Of a DNA stretch of 64,000 nucleotides, positions 12,236 through 23,975 are shown in pieces (the first letter of the stretch is position 1; each line of letters begins with the position of its first letter). The DNA is from Octopus sinensis (lineage: Eukaryota): assembly GCF_006345805.1 (NCBI RefSeq), contig NW_021834230.1:1-64000 (forward strand), written 5' to 3'. A program made the translations under genes and the position numbers. The notes below the pieces were generated by a model. It was not told the origin of the DNA. It did not search any database and saw only the letters and a program-made list of their open reading frames with translations.

Positions 12236-12465
12236 TTTCTTTATTGCCCACAAGGAGCTAAACATAGAGGGGAAAAACAAGGACAGACAAAGGGATTAAG
12301 TCGATTACATCAACCCACAGTTCATGACTGGTACTTAATTTATCGACCCTGAAAGGATGAAAGGCAAAGTTGACCTCGGCAGAATTTGAACTCAGAACGC
12401 AGCGGCGGATGAAATACCACAAAGTATTTCGCCCGATGTGCTAACGTTTTCGCCAGCTCGCCTTA
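12236..12465 (-). mobile_element. SINE family C (GGCGAGCTGGCAGAAACG head; GCCTTTCATCCTTTCGGGGTCGA core; AAAGAAATA tail)
   Basis: Matches other family C copies. Confidence 0.8.
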
Positions 12466-12576
12466 TTTATATATATATATATGTGTGTTATATATATATA
12501 TGTATGTATATATATATGTGCCTTTACACACACACACATACATAATTCTTTCCCAAATAAATTGCACTTCATATTT

Positions 12577-12659
12577 GAGCTCTGATGAAGCTATAAGGTG
12601 TTATTCAGGAACTCAACTATCAGTCCAGAGCATCTAATAGCAGAAACAGCTGTAAGCCA
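12577..12659 (+). ncRNA. Penelope-type hammerhead motif (weak stem I)
   Basis: CTGATGA-A-GCTAT..ATAGC-A-GAAAC-AGCT-GTA; stem I only 3 bp. Confidence 0.5.
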
Positions 12660-14036
12660 TTGAAGTTCATAAGACAATAATTTATTCCTTTGTCATCTTT
12701 CTGTCTTATTACCGCTCTATACTCAGCCAATACTTTGTTCTGAAACATTTGTGTATTGAGTTCTACATCAGGATACTGGACACACAATGCCTAAGCAATA
12801 TATATACAAAAAAAAAGGAGCACTTTGTCAGTTATGATGATGGGGCTCCCAGCTGATATGATCAACGGAACAGCTCGCTTGTGAAATTAACATGCAAGTG
12901 GCTGAGTACTCCACAGACAAGCGAACCCTTAATGTAGTTCCCAGGGAGATTCAGCATGACACAAGTGTGTGGCAAGGCTGGCTTGTCGAAGGGGCCAGAG
13001 AACAGAAGAAAGAAGACATGCACCCAACACCAGAGCTGAAGACACCTCCGAAGCGGGGTGGCCCCGCAATGTCAAAACAGTAGAGGAGTAGGGGCCAAAA
13101 CCGGATGTGATTCCTCCTGATGATGTCTTGAGCTAACTGGATCCTATAAAGGAGCTGTTGTGGGAGCAGACCACGAAACACGGTTGAAATCCCCAAGTAC
13201 AATTCACTTTTGCCAGCTGAGTGGACTGGAGCAACGTGAAATAAAGGGCCTTGCTCAGGGACACAGAACCCGGTCTGGGAACCGAACTCACTAACTTCTG
13301 ACTGTGAGACCGATGTTCTCACCACTGAGCCAAGCACTTTCACTTGTATTAACACATTCAGTAATCACAGTTATTTTAGTTGTATGCCATTGTTCTTGTT
13401 GTTGTTGTCTTTTGTAGTTTGCTCTGCTTTTGTGACCTTGGTCTTTTTAAATTAGAATAATAAATGAACGAATTAACGACCCAGACATCGTCAAAGAAAT
13501 AACGAGACAATAATTAATTAATTTGGTTTTTCTTTTAAACTTAACGAATTTCGCTTTTGTTGGTATTTCTAAACGAGTGATTTGCATTGTCATCACAATG
13601 TCTGGCCAGCAGACAAACGATGACGAACTCTGTGATATTGGAAGTAATACCTCTTGCTTTGTTTCAGTCCATTTGACATTGCAGGCCATGCTGGAGCACT
13701 GCCTTCCTGGGTTTCAGAGGTTTTTCTCTCTAAATTATATACACATATTTAAATGGCGGTGCCCCAGCATGGCCACGGCTCGTGAGCTGAAACTAGATGA
13801 AATGAAAATAAATAAAAAATATTATATATTGTGAAATTTGATTTAAAATTGTTAAATTGAATTTTTCCCTGTAAGTTTTGGAATTATATTCCCTACTATT
13901 ATATATATATATATATATGACAGGCTTCTTTCGGTTTCTGTTTACCAAATCCACTTACAAGGGTTTGGTCGGCCTGAGGCTATAGTAGAAGATACTTGCC
14001 CAAGGTGGAACTGAACCAGAAACCACGGTTTCTGAA

Positions 14037-14267
14037 GGTGGCAAGCTGACAGAGATGTTAGCACAACGTGTGAAATGCTTAGCGGTATTTCGTCTGCCAT
14101 TACGTTCTGAGTTCAAATTCCACCGAGGTCGACTTTGCCTTTCATCCTTTCGGGGTCGATTAAATAAGTACCAGTTACGCATTGGGGTCAATGCAATCGA
14201 CTTAATCCCTTTGTCTCTCCTTGCTTGTCCCCTCTATGTTTAGCCCCTTGTGGACAATAAAGAAATA
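14037..14267 (+). mobile_element. SINE family C
   Basis: Head, core and tail all present. Confidence 0.8.
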
Positions 14268-14689
14268 ACACACCGCATGGTTGCAAAACGAACTCGCTAA
14301 CCCCACAGCCAATCCTACATTCATAAATTGCATCATCTTAACTTCTGTCATGGCTATGCAAGTCATGTTATAGCAAAATACTTGGTCAAGGACATTGAAT
14401 TTTCAACCCATGAGAAATGCCATGGATGAATTACTTTCATTGCAAAGCTATGGATTTTAAATAACAGCATTTAAAGTCACATTGATGTTTGCTGTTGTTT
14501 GTTGTCGACTTGTTGTACTAAATAAATTGACTGACGTAAACTGCGTCAGATTTGCTGTCAACATTGTTGTCAGTGGCCGTCGATGTCATTGTTTATTCAC
14601 TTAAGCGGACTGCAACGTCAAATTCCCGTACGACAAGTTTACGGTGTTTGCATGTCGGAAATCAAATCAATTCAAATCAGATATCAGAA

Positions 14690-15133
14690 AGCAGAACCAA
14701 AATCGAAGTCGATCAACATCAATGGAAATTGTAGCTGTGATACCAGTGCCAGTGACAAGTAAGCGAACCATCCGATCGTGGCCGTTGCCAGTGCCTCCCC
14801 GACTGGCCTCCGTGCCGGTGGCACGTAAAAAGCACCATCCGTGTGTGGCTGTTGCCAGCCTTGCCTGGCCCCCGTGCCAGTGGCACATAAAAAGCACCAT
14901 CCAATCATGGCCGTTTGCCAGCCCCGTCTGGCACCTGTGTCGGTGGCACGTAAAAAAAAAACACCCACTACACTCACGGAGTGGTTGGCGTTAGGAAGGG
15001 CATCCAGGCATAGAAACATTGCCAGATCAGACTGGGCCTGGTGCAGCCTTCTGGCTTCCCAGACCCCAGTTGAACCGTCTAACCCATGCTAGCATGGAAA
15101 GCGGACGCTAAACGATGATGATGATGATGATGA
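14690..15133 (+). mobile_element. Repeat family D with 3-4 internal modules
   Basis: Repeated GTGCC(A/G)GTGGCAC(G/A)TAAAAAGCACC modules, then core and (GAT)n tail. Confidence 0.75.
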
Positions 15134-15305
15134 ATGAAATGTTGTCCTTTTAACCAGAGTATGTCAAGTGCTTGCACGTATATGTCGTCACCATCATTCC
15201 AACTCAACAGCATTCAAACCAACACGCAAAGCTCTTGGCCACTGAGTCACTCAGCTCTCCTAAATATCAATAGAAATTCATATATATATATATACACACA
15301 TATAC

Positions 15306-15336
<31 letters not shown>

Positions 15337-15827
15337 GGCGCAGGAATGGCTGTGTGGCAAGTAGCTTGCTTACCAACCACATGGTTCCAGGTTCAGTCCC
15401 ACTGCGTGGCACCTTGGACCAAGTATCTTCTACTATAGCCTCAGGCCATAGTTTGATGAGAGGAGGACTGAGGACTTGATGGGGATGCTGGGGTTGGAGG
15501 AATCGGTGGAGTGGTTGGCAAGGGTCAGCTTTGGCAGGGTTTCTATTACTAGAAGCCCTTCCTAATACCATCCACTCTGTAGAGTAGCCTGGGTGCTTTT
15601 CATATGGCACCAGCACTAGAAGGGTTGCCAAGTTACTTGCAAGACAGAAAGGGCAATAAAGAAACTTTTGCTACCCAGTGGCAGGGGATGCTTCACCCAG
15701 CTTGCAAGGATTATGTCTTGAGTATATGTCGCAATGACACCCGATTCTTAGTCCCTTCTCCCCCCACCCCAATAATAAACACACCTACTAGTTCTACTAT
15801 ACTTTTATTATTATTACTTAACTAATA

Positions 15828-16242
15828 GGCACAGGAGTGGCTGTGTGGTAAGTAACTTGCTTACCAACCACATGGTTCCGGGTTCAGTCCCACTGTGTGG
15901 CACCTTGGGCAAGTGTCTTCTACTATAGCCTCTGGCTGACCAAAGCCTTGTGAGTGGATTTGGTAAACGGAAACTGAAAGAAGCCCGTTGTATATATGTA
16001 TGTATATATGTGTGTGTGTGCGTGTAATTTTGTGTGTCTGTTTGTCCCCCTAGCATTGCTTGACAACAGATGCTGGTGTGTTTACATCCCCGTCGCTTAG
16101 CAGTTCGGCAAAAGAGACCGATAGAATAAGTACTGGGCTTACAAAGAATAAGTTCCGGGGTCGATTTGCTCGACTAAAGGCGGTGCTCCAGCATGGCCGT
16201 AGTCAAATGACTGAAACAAGTAAAAGAGTAAAAGAGTAAAGA
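15828..16242 (+). mobile_element. SINE family A
   Basis: Full-length match to the family. Confidence 0.85.
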
Positions 16243-16261
16243 ATAAATTAATCAGTTAACT

Positions 16262-16630
16262 TACACTATTTACATTTGACGGATATTTGTCCTCATCTTG
16301 TTTGTTGTTAACACAACGTTTCAGCTGATATACCCTCCAGCCTTCATCAGGTGTCTTGGGGAAATTTCGAACCTGGGTTCTCATTCCTAAGGTATTTTTT
16401 CGATGTTATTATTATTATTGTTATTATTGAGGTCACTGCCTGGAATCAAACTTGGAATCTTGGGGTTAGTAGCTCGCATTAATAACCACTACGCCATATG
16501 CCTGTGGACATATGGTGTAATTTCCCCGAGACACCTGATGAAGGCTGGAGGGTATATCAGCCGAAACGTTGTGTTAACAACAAACAAGATGAGGACAAAT
16601 ATCTGTCAAATGTAAACAATGTAAATAAGG
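16262..16630. mobile_element. Penelope-like inverted pseudo-LTR pair, each arm with a minimal hammerhead
   Basis: ~16262-16367 is the reverse complement of ~16518-16625; GACAC-CTGATGA-A-GGCTG..CAGCC-GAAACGTT-GTGTT at 16530-16575 (+) and 16310-16355 (-). Confidence 0.75.
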
Positions 16631-16654
16631 TACAAAATTCCTCATCTCTTAAAT

Positions 16655-17160
16655 AATAATAATAATAATGAAATTATTGTTTACAGTGCTCAGGTGCACC
16701 ACAACTTGTCAAAAGTGCATATAAAGCATATGCAGTAACGTACAAATGTCTGGGAAGTGAACAGTGTATGAGTCAGATACATGCTTGTGTGTGTATGGAG
16801 GGGAGAAAATCAGGTGTAGTGTTGGCGAATCTCAGAAAGCATGGAAGTTTTGAAGGAAGCAGTGCTCCGACAATTAACAACTGATGCCGGCAGTTTGTTC
16901 CACGCTTCAGCAACTCTCAGCGTGAAAAAATGTTTCCTAAAGTCATGGGAGCTGTGCTGTTTTCTGACTTTGTAAATATGTCCACGGGTGTTAGATGGGT
17001 GGAGTTTGAAAAGGTGCTCAGAGTTATTGTTTGTAAGGTGGTTGATAATTTTATGGGTGTCTGCCAAGTCAGTTGCCAATATAGAACTGTGTCAGTTAAC
17101 TTATTAACCCTGTCACACCGTGTTCCTTGTATAGTGGGAATAGTATAAACGAAATCTCTA
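16655..17160 (-). mobile_element. CR1-clade LINE 3' fragment
   Basis: NTRGHIYKVRK..RKHFFTLRVAEAWNKLPASVV..SFK, typical CR1 ORF2 C-terminus; (ATT)n tail. Confidence 0.8.
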
Positions 17161-17186
17161 CCAGATTCCCATTAAAAGTGAAAATA

Positions 17187-17598
17187 GGCGCAGGAGTGGC
17201 TGTGTGGTAAGTAGCTTGCTAACCAACCACATGGTTCTGGGTTCAGTCCCACTGCGTGGCATCTTGGGCAAGTGTCTTCTGCTATAGCCCCGGGCCGACC
17301 AATGCCTTGTGAGTGGATTTGGTAGACGGAAACTGAAAGAAGCCTGTCGTATATATGTATATATATATATATATGTATGTATGTGTGTATATGTTTGTGT
17401 GTCTGTGTTTGTCCCCCTAGCATTGCTTGACAACTGATGCTGGTGTGTTTACGTCCCCGTCACTTAGCGGTTCGGCAAAAGAGACCGATTGAATAAGTAC
17501 TTTGCTTACAAAAGAATAAGTCCTGGGGTCAATTTGCTCGACTAAAGGCGGTGCTCCAGCATGGCCGCAGTCAAATGACTGAAACAAGTAAAAGAGAG
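17187..17598 (+). mobile_element. SINE family A
   Basis: Full-length match to the family. Confidence 0.85.
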
Positions 17599-17707
17599 TA
17601 TACTAAAATTAGACAACTGATCCACATTTTAGTTTTGTAATTGTGTTTCTGATTCATTATTAATGGTGTTTCCCATAGATGTCCTTTATCTTTTTTGAGC
17701 TGTTGGT

Positions 17708-18840
17708 ATACTTCAGGTACCCCTTAATCAGGGTTCCACTAGATCAGGGTACTTTACCGTCGGGGTACTACTCAGTCAGGGTACTATTGGATCAGGGTAC
17801 TGTTTGATAAGATTACTACTAACTTGGGGTACTTTTCGATAAGAGTACTACTAACTTGGGGTACTTTTCAGTCAGGGTACTGTTTGATAAGAGTACTACT
17901 AACTTGGGGTACTTTTCAGTCAGGGTACTGTTTGATAAGAGTACTACTAACTTGGGGTACTTTTCAGTCAGGGTACTGTTTGATAAGAGTACTACTAACT
18001 TGGGGTACTTTTCAGTCAGGGTACTGTTTGATAAGAGTACTACTAACTTGGGGTACTTTTCAGTCAGGGTACTATTTGATAAGAGTACTACTAACTTGGG
18101 GTACTTTTCAGTCAGGGTACTATTGATAAGAGTACTACTAACTTGGGGTACTTTTCAATCAGGGTACTGTTGATAAGAGTACTACTAACTTGGGGTACTT
18201 TTCATCAGGGTACTACTTGATAAGAGTACTACTAACTTGGGGTACTTTTCAGTCAGGGTACTGTTTGATAAGAGTACTACTAACTTGGGGTACTTTTCAG
18301 TCAGGGTACTGTTTGATAAGAGTACTACTAACTTGGGGTACTTTTCAGTCAGGGTACTATTTGATAAGAGTACTACTAACTTGGGGTACTTTTCATTCAG
18401 GGTACTGTTTGATAAGAGTACTACTAACTTGGGGTACTTTTCAATCAGGGTACTACTTGATAAGAGTACTACTAACTTGGGGTACTTTTCAGTCAGGGTA
18501 CTGTTTGATAAGAGTACTACTAACTTGGGGTACTTTTCAGTCAGGGTACTGTTTGATAAGAGTACTACTAACTTGGGGTACTTTTCAGTCTGGGTACTGT
18601 TTGATAAGAGTACTACTAACTTGGGGTACTTTTCAGTCAGGGTACTGTTTGATAAGAGTACTACTAACTTGGGGTACTTTTCAATCAGGGTACTACTTGA
18701 TAAGAGTACTACTAACTTGGGGTACTTTTCAGTCAGGGTACTGTTTGATAAGAGTACAACTAACTTGGGGTGCTATTCAGTCAGGGTACTATTGGGTCAG
18801 GATATTGCTGGATAAGAGTACTTCTCAATCAGGGTACGAT
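17708..18840. repeat. Minisatellite: 16-bp monomers organised as a 48-bp higher-order repeat
   Basis: Unit TTGATAAGAGTACTAC-TAACTTGGGGTACTTT-TCAGTCAGGGTACTGT about 19 times, flanked by degenerate in-register 16-mers. Confidence 0.95.
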
Positions 18841-19149
18841 TTATCGAAATAGTTTCTGACTAGAGTCATCTGACGGCTAAACACTGGACAAGGTCAAGAG
18901 TGACATCAGGCTTTTTTTTTTGCTATTCAATTTTTTTGTGAAACTTATCTATTGTCATGCAGTGATTCAACTAGCCATGGTTGACACCATTCTGTGTCTA
19001 TGGAGTCTGGTTCCATTACAATTGACCAATTGTTCCAATGAGAAAAAAGCAGCAAAACTATTCAAACAGATTCGTTTTTTTCACAAATCGAATCTTGAAA
19101 GAAAGTCTTTCTCTTTTCTGCTTTTATACATTTCCTGTTTTTCTAGTTT

Positions 19150-19410
19150 TGTTGTCGTTGTTGTTGTCATTCCTGCTGCTGCTACTGCTACTCCTGCTAC
19201 TACTGCTACTGTTGTTCCATTTCTTCTCATTCTTCACCTTCACCTTCTTGTTCTTTCTCTTTACCTTCTACTATTTCCTCCTCTTTTTCTTTCTTTTTCT
19301 TCCGTCCTCCTCCTTCTCTTCCTTCCTTCCTTCTTCTCCTCCTCCTCCTCCTCCTCCTCTTCCACTACCACGACCACCACCATTGCTACCACACCATCAT
19401 CATCGCCACC
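19150..19410. repeat. Trinucleotide low-complexity tract (GTT/GCT/CTT/CCT/ACC)
   Basis: Direct reading. Confidence 0.85.
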
Positions 19411-19553
19411 GCTTGCTAACGAACCACATGGTTCCGGGTTCAGTCCCACTGCGTGGCACCTTGGGCAACTGTCTTCTACTATAGTATAGCCTTGGGCCGA
19501 CCAAAGCCTTGTGAGTGGATTTGGTAGACGGAAACTGTAAGAAGCCTGTCGTA

Positions 19554-19585
<32 letters not shown>

Positions 19586-19790
19586 ATAAATGTAACAGAC
19601 AACAAAAAAAAATACGGACAGATAGATGATACAAAGACAGACAGGAAAGAAACAAGGATCATTCTGTTTCATTCCAATTCCATTTTCTGGATTTATATAT
19701 ATATGTGTATATTTTTATAGTTTTATTTGTCTCATTCATCTGACTTGAATTGATAAAAGGTGGGTTTTTTTTTCTAATTTATATATATAT

Positions 19791-20021
19791 TTCTTTACTG
19801 CCCACAAGGAGCTAAACATAGAGGGGACAAACAAAGACAGACAAAGGTATTAAGTCGATTACATTGACCCCGGTGCATAACTGGTACTTAATTTATCGAC
19901 CCCGAAAGGATGAAAGGCAAAGTCGACCTCGATGGAATTTGAACTCAGAATGTAACGGCAAACGAAATACCACAAGGCATTTCGCCTGGCGTGCTTACGT
20001 TTCTGTCAACTTGCTGCCTTT
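19791..20021 (-). mobile_element. SINE family C, 3' part of the 5S chimera
   Basis: Full head-to-tail family C copy abutting the 5S 3' end. Confidence 0.85.
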
Positions 20022-20137
20022 GCTTACAGCACCTAGGTTTCCCAGGCGGTCACCCATCTAAGTACTAACTAGGCCCAATGTTGCTTAACTTCGGTGATCG
20101 GACGAGAACCAGTGCTTTCAACGTGATATGGCCGTAA
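20022..20137 (-). pseudogene. 5S rRNA retrocopy (116 nt, near full length)
   Basis: Minus strand TTACGGCCATATCACGTTGAAAGCACTGGTTCTCGTCCGATCACCGAAGTTAAGC..AGTACTTAGATGGGTGACCGCCTGGGAA..GCTGTAAGC; no oligo-T terminator. Confidence 0.9.
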
Positions 20138-20162
20138 TTTCTAATTGATATATATATGTATA

Positions 20163-20554
20163 GGCACAGGAGTGGCTGTGTGGAAAGTAGCTTGTTTACC
20201 AACCACATGGTTCCGGGTTCAGTCCCACTGCGTGACACTATAGCCTTGGGCCGACCAAAGCCTTGTGAGTGGATTTGGTAGACGGAAACTGAAAGAAGCC
20301 TGTCGTATATATGTATATATATATATATATATGTGTGCGTGTGTGTTTGTGTGTCTGTGTTTGTCCCCCTAGCATTGCTTGACAACCGATGCTGGTGTGT
20401 TTATGTCCCCGTCTCTTAGCGGTTCAGCAAAAGAGACTGATAGAATAAGTACTGGGCTTACAAAGAATAAGTCCCGGGATCGAGTTGCTCGATTAAAGGC
20501 GTTGCTCCAGCATGGCCGCAGTCAGATGACTGAAACAAGTAAAAGAATAAAGAG
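20163..20554 (+). mobile_element. SINE family A
   Basis: Match to the family with an internal deletion. Confidence 0.85.
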
Positions 20555-20637
20555 ATATATATATTATACTTTGTGAAATTTGATTTAGTATTTCTATATT
20601 GAATTTTTCCCTGTAAGTTTGGAATAATATTCCCTCA

Positions 20638-20681
<44 letters not shown>

Positions 20682-20757
20682 TATTATTATTATTATTATA
20701 CATACATATCTATTTCTCAATCTATTTACCAATTCTTTTTCTTTTGTCTCGTTGCAG

Positions 20758-21670
20758 ATGAGACCATTCCGGTCATGTCAGAATCAATGTTGTTGCTGTG
20801 TCGTTGCCATCCTGTTGCCGCTAGGGAGCGTGATACTGACCGGTATCGGGGTGTGCGTGATCCTGAAATACGTCATGATTCGCACGGATTTACTACTTCC
20901 GGAGCTACAGAACCATGATGGTCAAAAGATCGTTGGCATCATTCTCACCTCGGTCGGGGTGTTGGGCATAATTATCAGTGCCATAGTGGCAATACTATAC
21001 TTCACGGTGTGTCATGAAAGTCGGAGTGGACAGCCCGCCGTTGCACAGAAAATATGCAAGAATGGCATTGAAGAAAATTCAAATTCCCCTGCCACACCAA
21101 AAATGCAGGCCAATGGCCATCTCACGCCGAAATCCCCTGCCAAGAGGCAACCCTCCACCCCTAAATCTCTATTTAGTAGCGAGAGAATGGACTCTGCCAA
21201 ACCCATTTCGACTATTGGAGTTCCCCCGACTTCGACGCCAAGGAGAACGCGGGGCGGCAAGAACGGCCGTCCACTTTCTTCGAATTTGGACATTGTCGAA
21301 GAAGTGGACGGTGACGTTCCGGTGCCGATGTTGCAACTCAATGGCAGAGATCTCAATCTGTCGAACAGCTGTAAACGTACCGACACCGTTTTCCATAATG
21401 GACAGAACGGCATTGTACCGAGACCGATTCTGAAATCTTCTTCCACCACCACCACCACCACCACCAACACCAACACCACCACCACCAACATCATCACTGC
21501 TACTACAACTACTACTACTACTAACACTGTTCTAACTAGCAACAACATCGCATCCACCAATTCTATAGCGGCTGCTCCTGCTGCTGCTACTGCTACTTCT
21601 AATACTAAATCTGTTTCAAGGTCCTTATTTTCAACGGGAAACATTCCGGACTCGTCCACTGACAACAATC

Positions 21671-21711
<41 letters not shown>

Positions 21712-21806
21712 ACAACTACTGCCCGAACATCTACATCAAGCAGTTCCCATACTTCATCTGTACATTCAAAGCCCTACCACGATAGCACCAACACCACCAC
21801 CACCAC

Positions 21807-21841
<35 letters not shown>

Positions 21842-21930
21842 TTACAGACCTTGACCACTCGAATTGTGATTCAGACCAAGATACACAAACACAGGACTCA
21901 GATTGCGAAATAACATCAAGTAGACTATGA
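20758..21930 (+). CDS. Uncharacterised 390-aa protein: Cys string, two TM helices, low-complexity tail
   Basis: 1173-bp open frame; strong acceptor (TCTTTTTCTTTTGTCTCGTTGCAG) immediately before the ATG; its repeats are in-frame triplets. Confidence 0.75.
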
Positions 21931-22104
21931 TACCCGTGTATGTCTCAGGTGTGTGTGTGTGTCTGTGTGTGCGTGTGCCAAATTCTGACATCCTGATTGG
22001 TTTTCTTCCTCAATATGCAATGCCAAGATATTTGGTTATCAATGTTGTTGTTATTATTATTTTTATCTTTATTATTATTATTATTACTATTGTTGTTGTT
22101 GTTG

Positions 22105-22530
22105 TTTAATGCGGTAAGCTAACAGCATAATTTGCATGCCAGGTGGAAATGCTTAGCAGTATTTCGTCTGCCGTTACGTTCTGAGTTCAAATTCCACCTA
22201 GGTCAACTTTGCCTATCATTCTTTCGGGGTCGATAAATTAAATACCAGTTACATACTGGGGTCGATGTAATCGACTTAATCCGTTTGTCTGTCCTTGTTT
22301 GTCCCCTTTATGTTTAGCCCCTTGTGAGTAGTAGAGAAATAGATATTTCATCTGCCGCTATGTTCTGAGTTCAAATTCCGCTGAGGTCGACTTTGCCTTT
22401 CATCCTTTCGGGGTCGATTAAATAAGTACCAGTTTTGCACTGGGGTTGATATAATCGACTTAATCCATTTGTCTGTCCTTGTTTGTCCCCTCTGTGTTTA
22501 GCCCCTTGTGGGTAGTAAAGAAACAAGTAT
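22105..22530 (+). mobile_element. SINE family C tandem multimer
   Basis: One full copy followed by a headless unit joined at GAAATAGATATTTC; a further degenerate unit follows a similar junction. Confidence 0.75.
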
Positions 22531-22687
22531 TTCGTCTGTCTTCATGTTCTGAGTTCAAATTGTGCCAAGGTTGACTTTGCCTTTTGTCCTTTCGGAATTG
22601 GTAAATTGAGTACCAGTTGAGTACTGGGGTCGATGTGGTTGACTGTCCCCCTCTCCACAAAATCCAGGCCTCATGCCTATATTAGAA

Positions 22688-22718
<31 letters not shown>

Positions 22719-22852
22719 GGCATAAGCATGTGATAAACATCCTTTTATCCTTTCGGGGTTGATAAAATAAGTACCAGTGATACACTGGGGTCGATGTAAT
22801 CGACTCATCCCCCTCCCCTCAAAACTGCTGCCCTTGTGACAAAATTTGAAAC

Positions 22853-22887
<35 letters not shown>

Positions 22888-23027
22888 TTAGTTGAAATGC
22901 CCTTGAAGTCAACTTTGCATTTTATCTTTTAAGGGTCAATAAAATAAGTACCTGTTAAAAACTGGGGTCAATGTGAGTGACTGGTCCCCTCCCCCAAATT
23001 GCAGGCCTTGTGCTCAAAGTAGAAAGG

Positions 23028-23083
<56 letters not shown>

Positions 23084-23604
23084 CGCAGTCTGCCAATAAG
23101 TTCTCATTTCAAATTCCTTCAGTGTTGATGAAAAAAATTTATTTTTCAGTCCTGACTTGGAGGTGGGGGGGCAAGGCAGGGTTTGACTATTCTTTTTACT
23201 CTTCTCATCAATAAAGTTGCTTTAATATTTAAATATAGTTTCAGGTGTTGAACTGGCAGACTCATTAGCATATTGGACAAAATGCTTAGTGGTGTTTCTT
23301 CCGCTTTTTTCCGCATTCTGAATTCGGATAGCGTTGAGGTCGATTCTACCTTGAACCGGCACAACGGTTAAGCACACCCACGACAAAATGCTTAGCGGCA
23401 CTTCTTCCGGTTTTTTACCTTTAGTCGAGAAAATCGACCCCGGGACTTATTCTTTGTAAGCCTAGTACTTATTCTATCGGTCTCTTTTGCCGAACTGCTA
23501 AGTTACGGGAATGTAAACACACCAGCATCGGTTGTCAAGCGATGTTAGGTGGGTGGGGGACAAAGACAGACACACAAACACACACATATATATATATATA
23601 TATA

Positions 23605-23975
23605 TCATCATCATCATCATCATCGTTTAGCGTCCGCTTTCCATGCTAGCATGGGTTGGACGGTTCAACTGGGGTCTGGGGAGCCAGTAGGCTGCGCCAG
23701 GCCCAGTCTGATCTGGCAGTGTTTCTACAGCTGGATGCCCTTCCTAACGCCAACCACTCCATAAGTGTAGTGGGTGCTTTTTACGTGCCACTGGCACGGG
23801 GGCCAGACGAGGCTGGCAATGGCCACAATCGGATGGTGCTTTTTACGTGCCACTGGCACGGAGGCCAGTCGGGGCAGCACTGGCTACAGCCACGTTCGGA
23901 TGATTCTCTTACGTGCCACTGGCACTGGTATGACAGCTACAATTTCCATTGATGTCAATCGATTTCGATTTTGAT
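23605..23975 (-). mobile_element. Repeat family D
   Basis: Reverse complement of the modules, core and (GAT)n tail. Confidence 0.75.

Noticed and set aside
14745-14985. CRISPR-like repeat-spacer look (also the 17708-18840 array)
   Set aside because: Linkers are mutually homologous, the context is a eukaryotic retro-element, and there are no cas genes
17824-18852. 100-220-aa repetitive ORFs
   Set aside because: Products of the 48-bp unit; three 1-bp deletions shift the frame and there is no convincing start or splice context
21012-21668. 218-aa antisense ORF and 139-aa alternative-frame ORF
   Set aside because: Shadows of the triplet-rich 20758-21930 CDS
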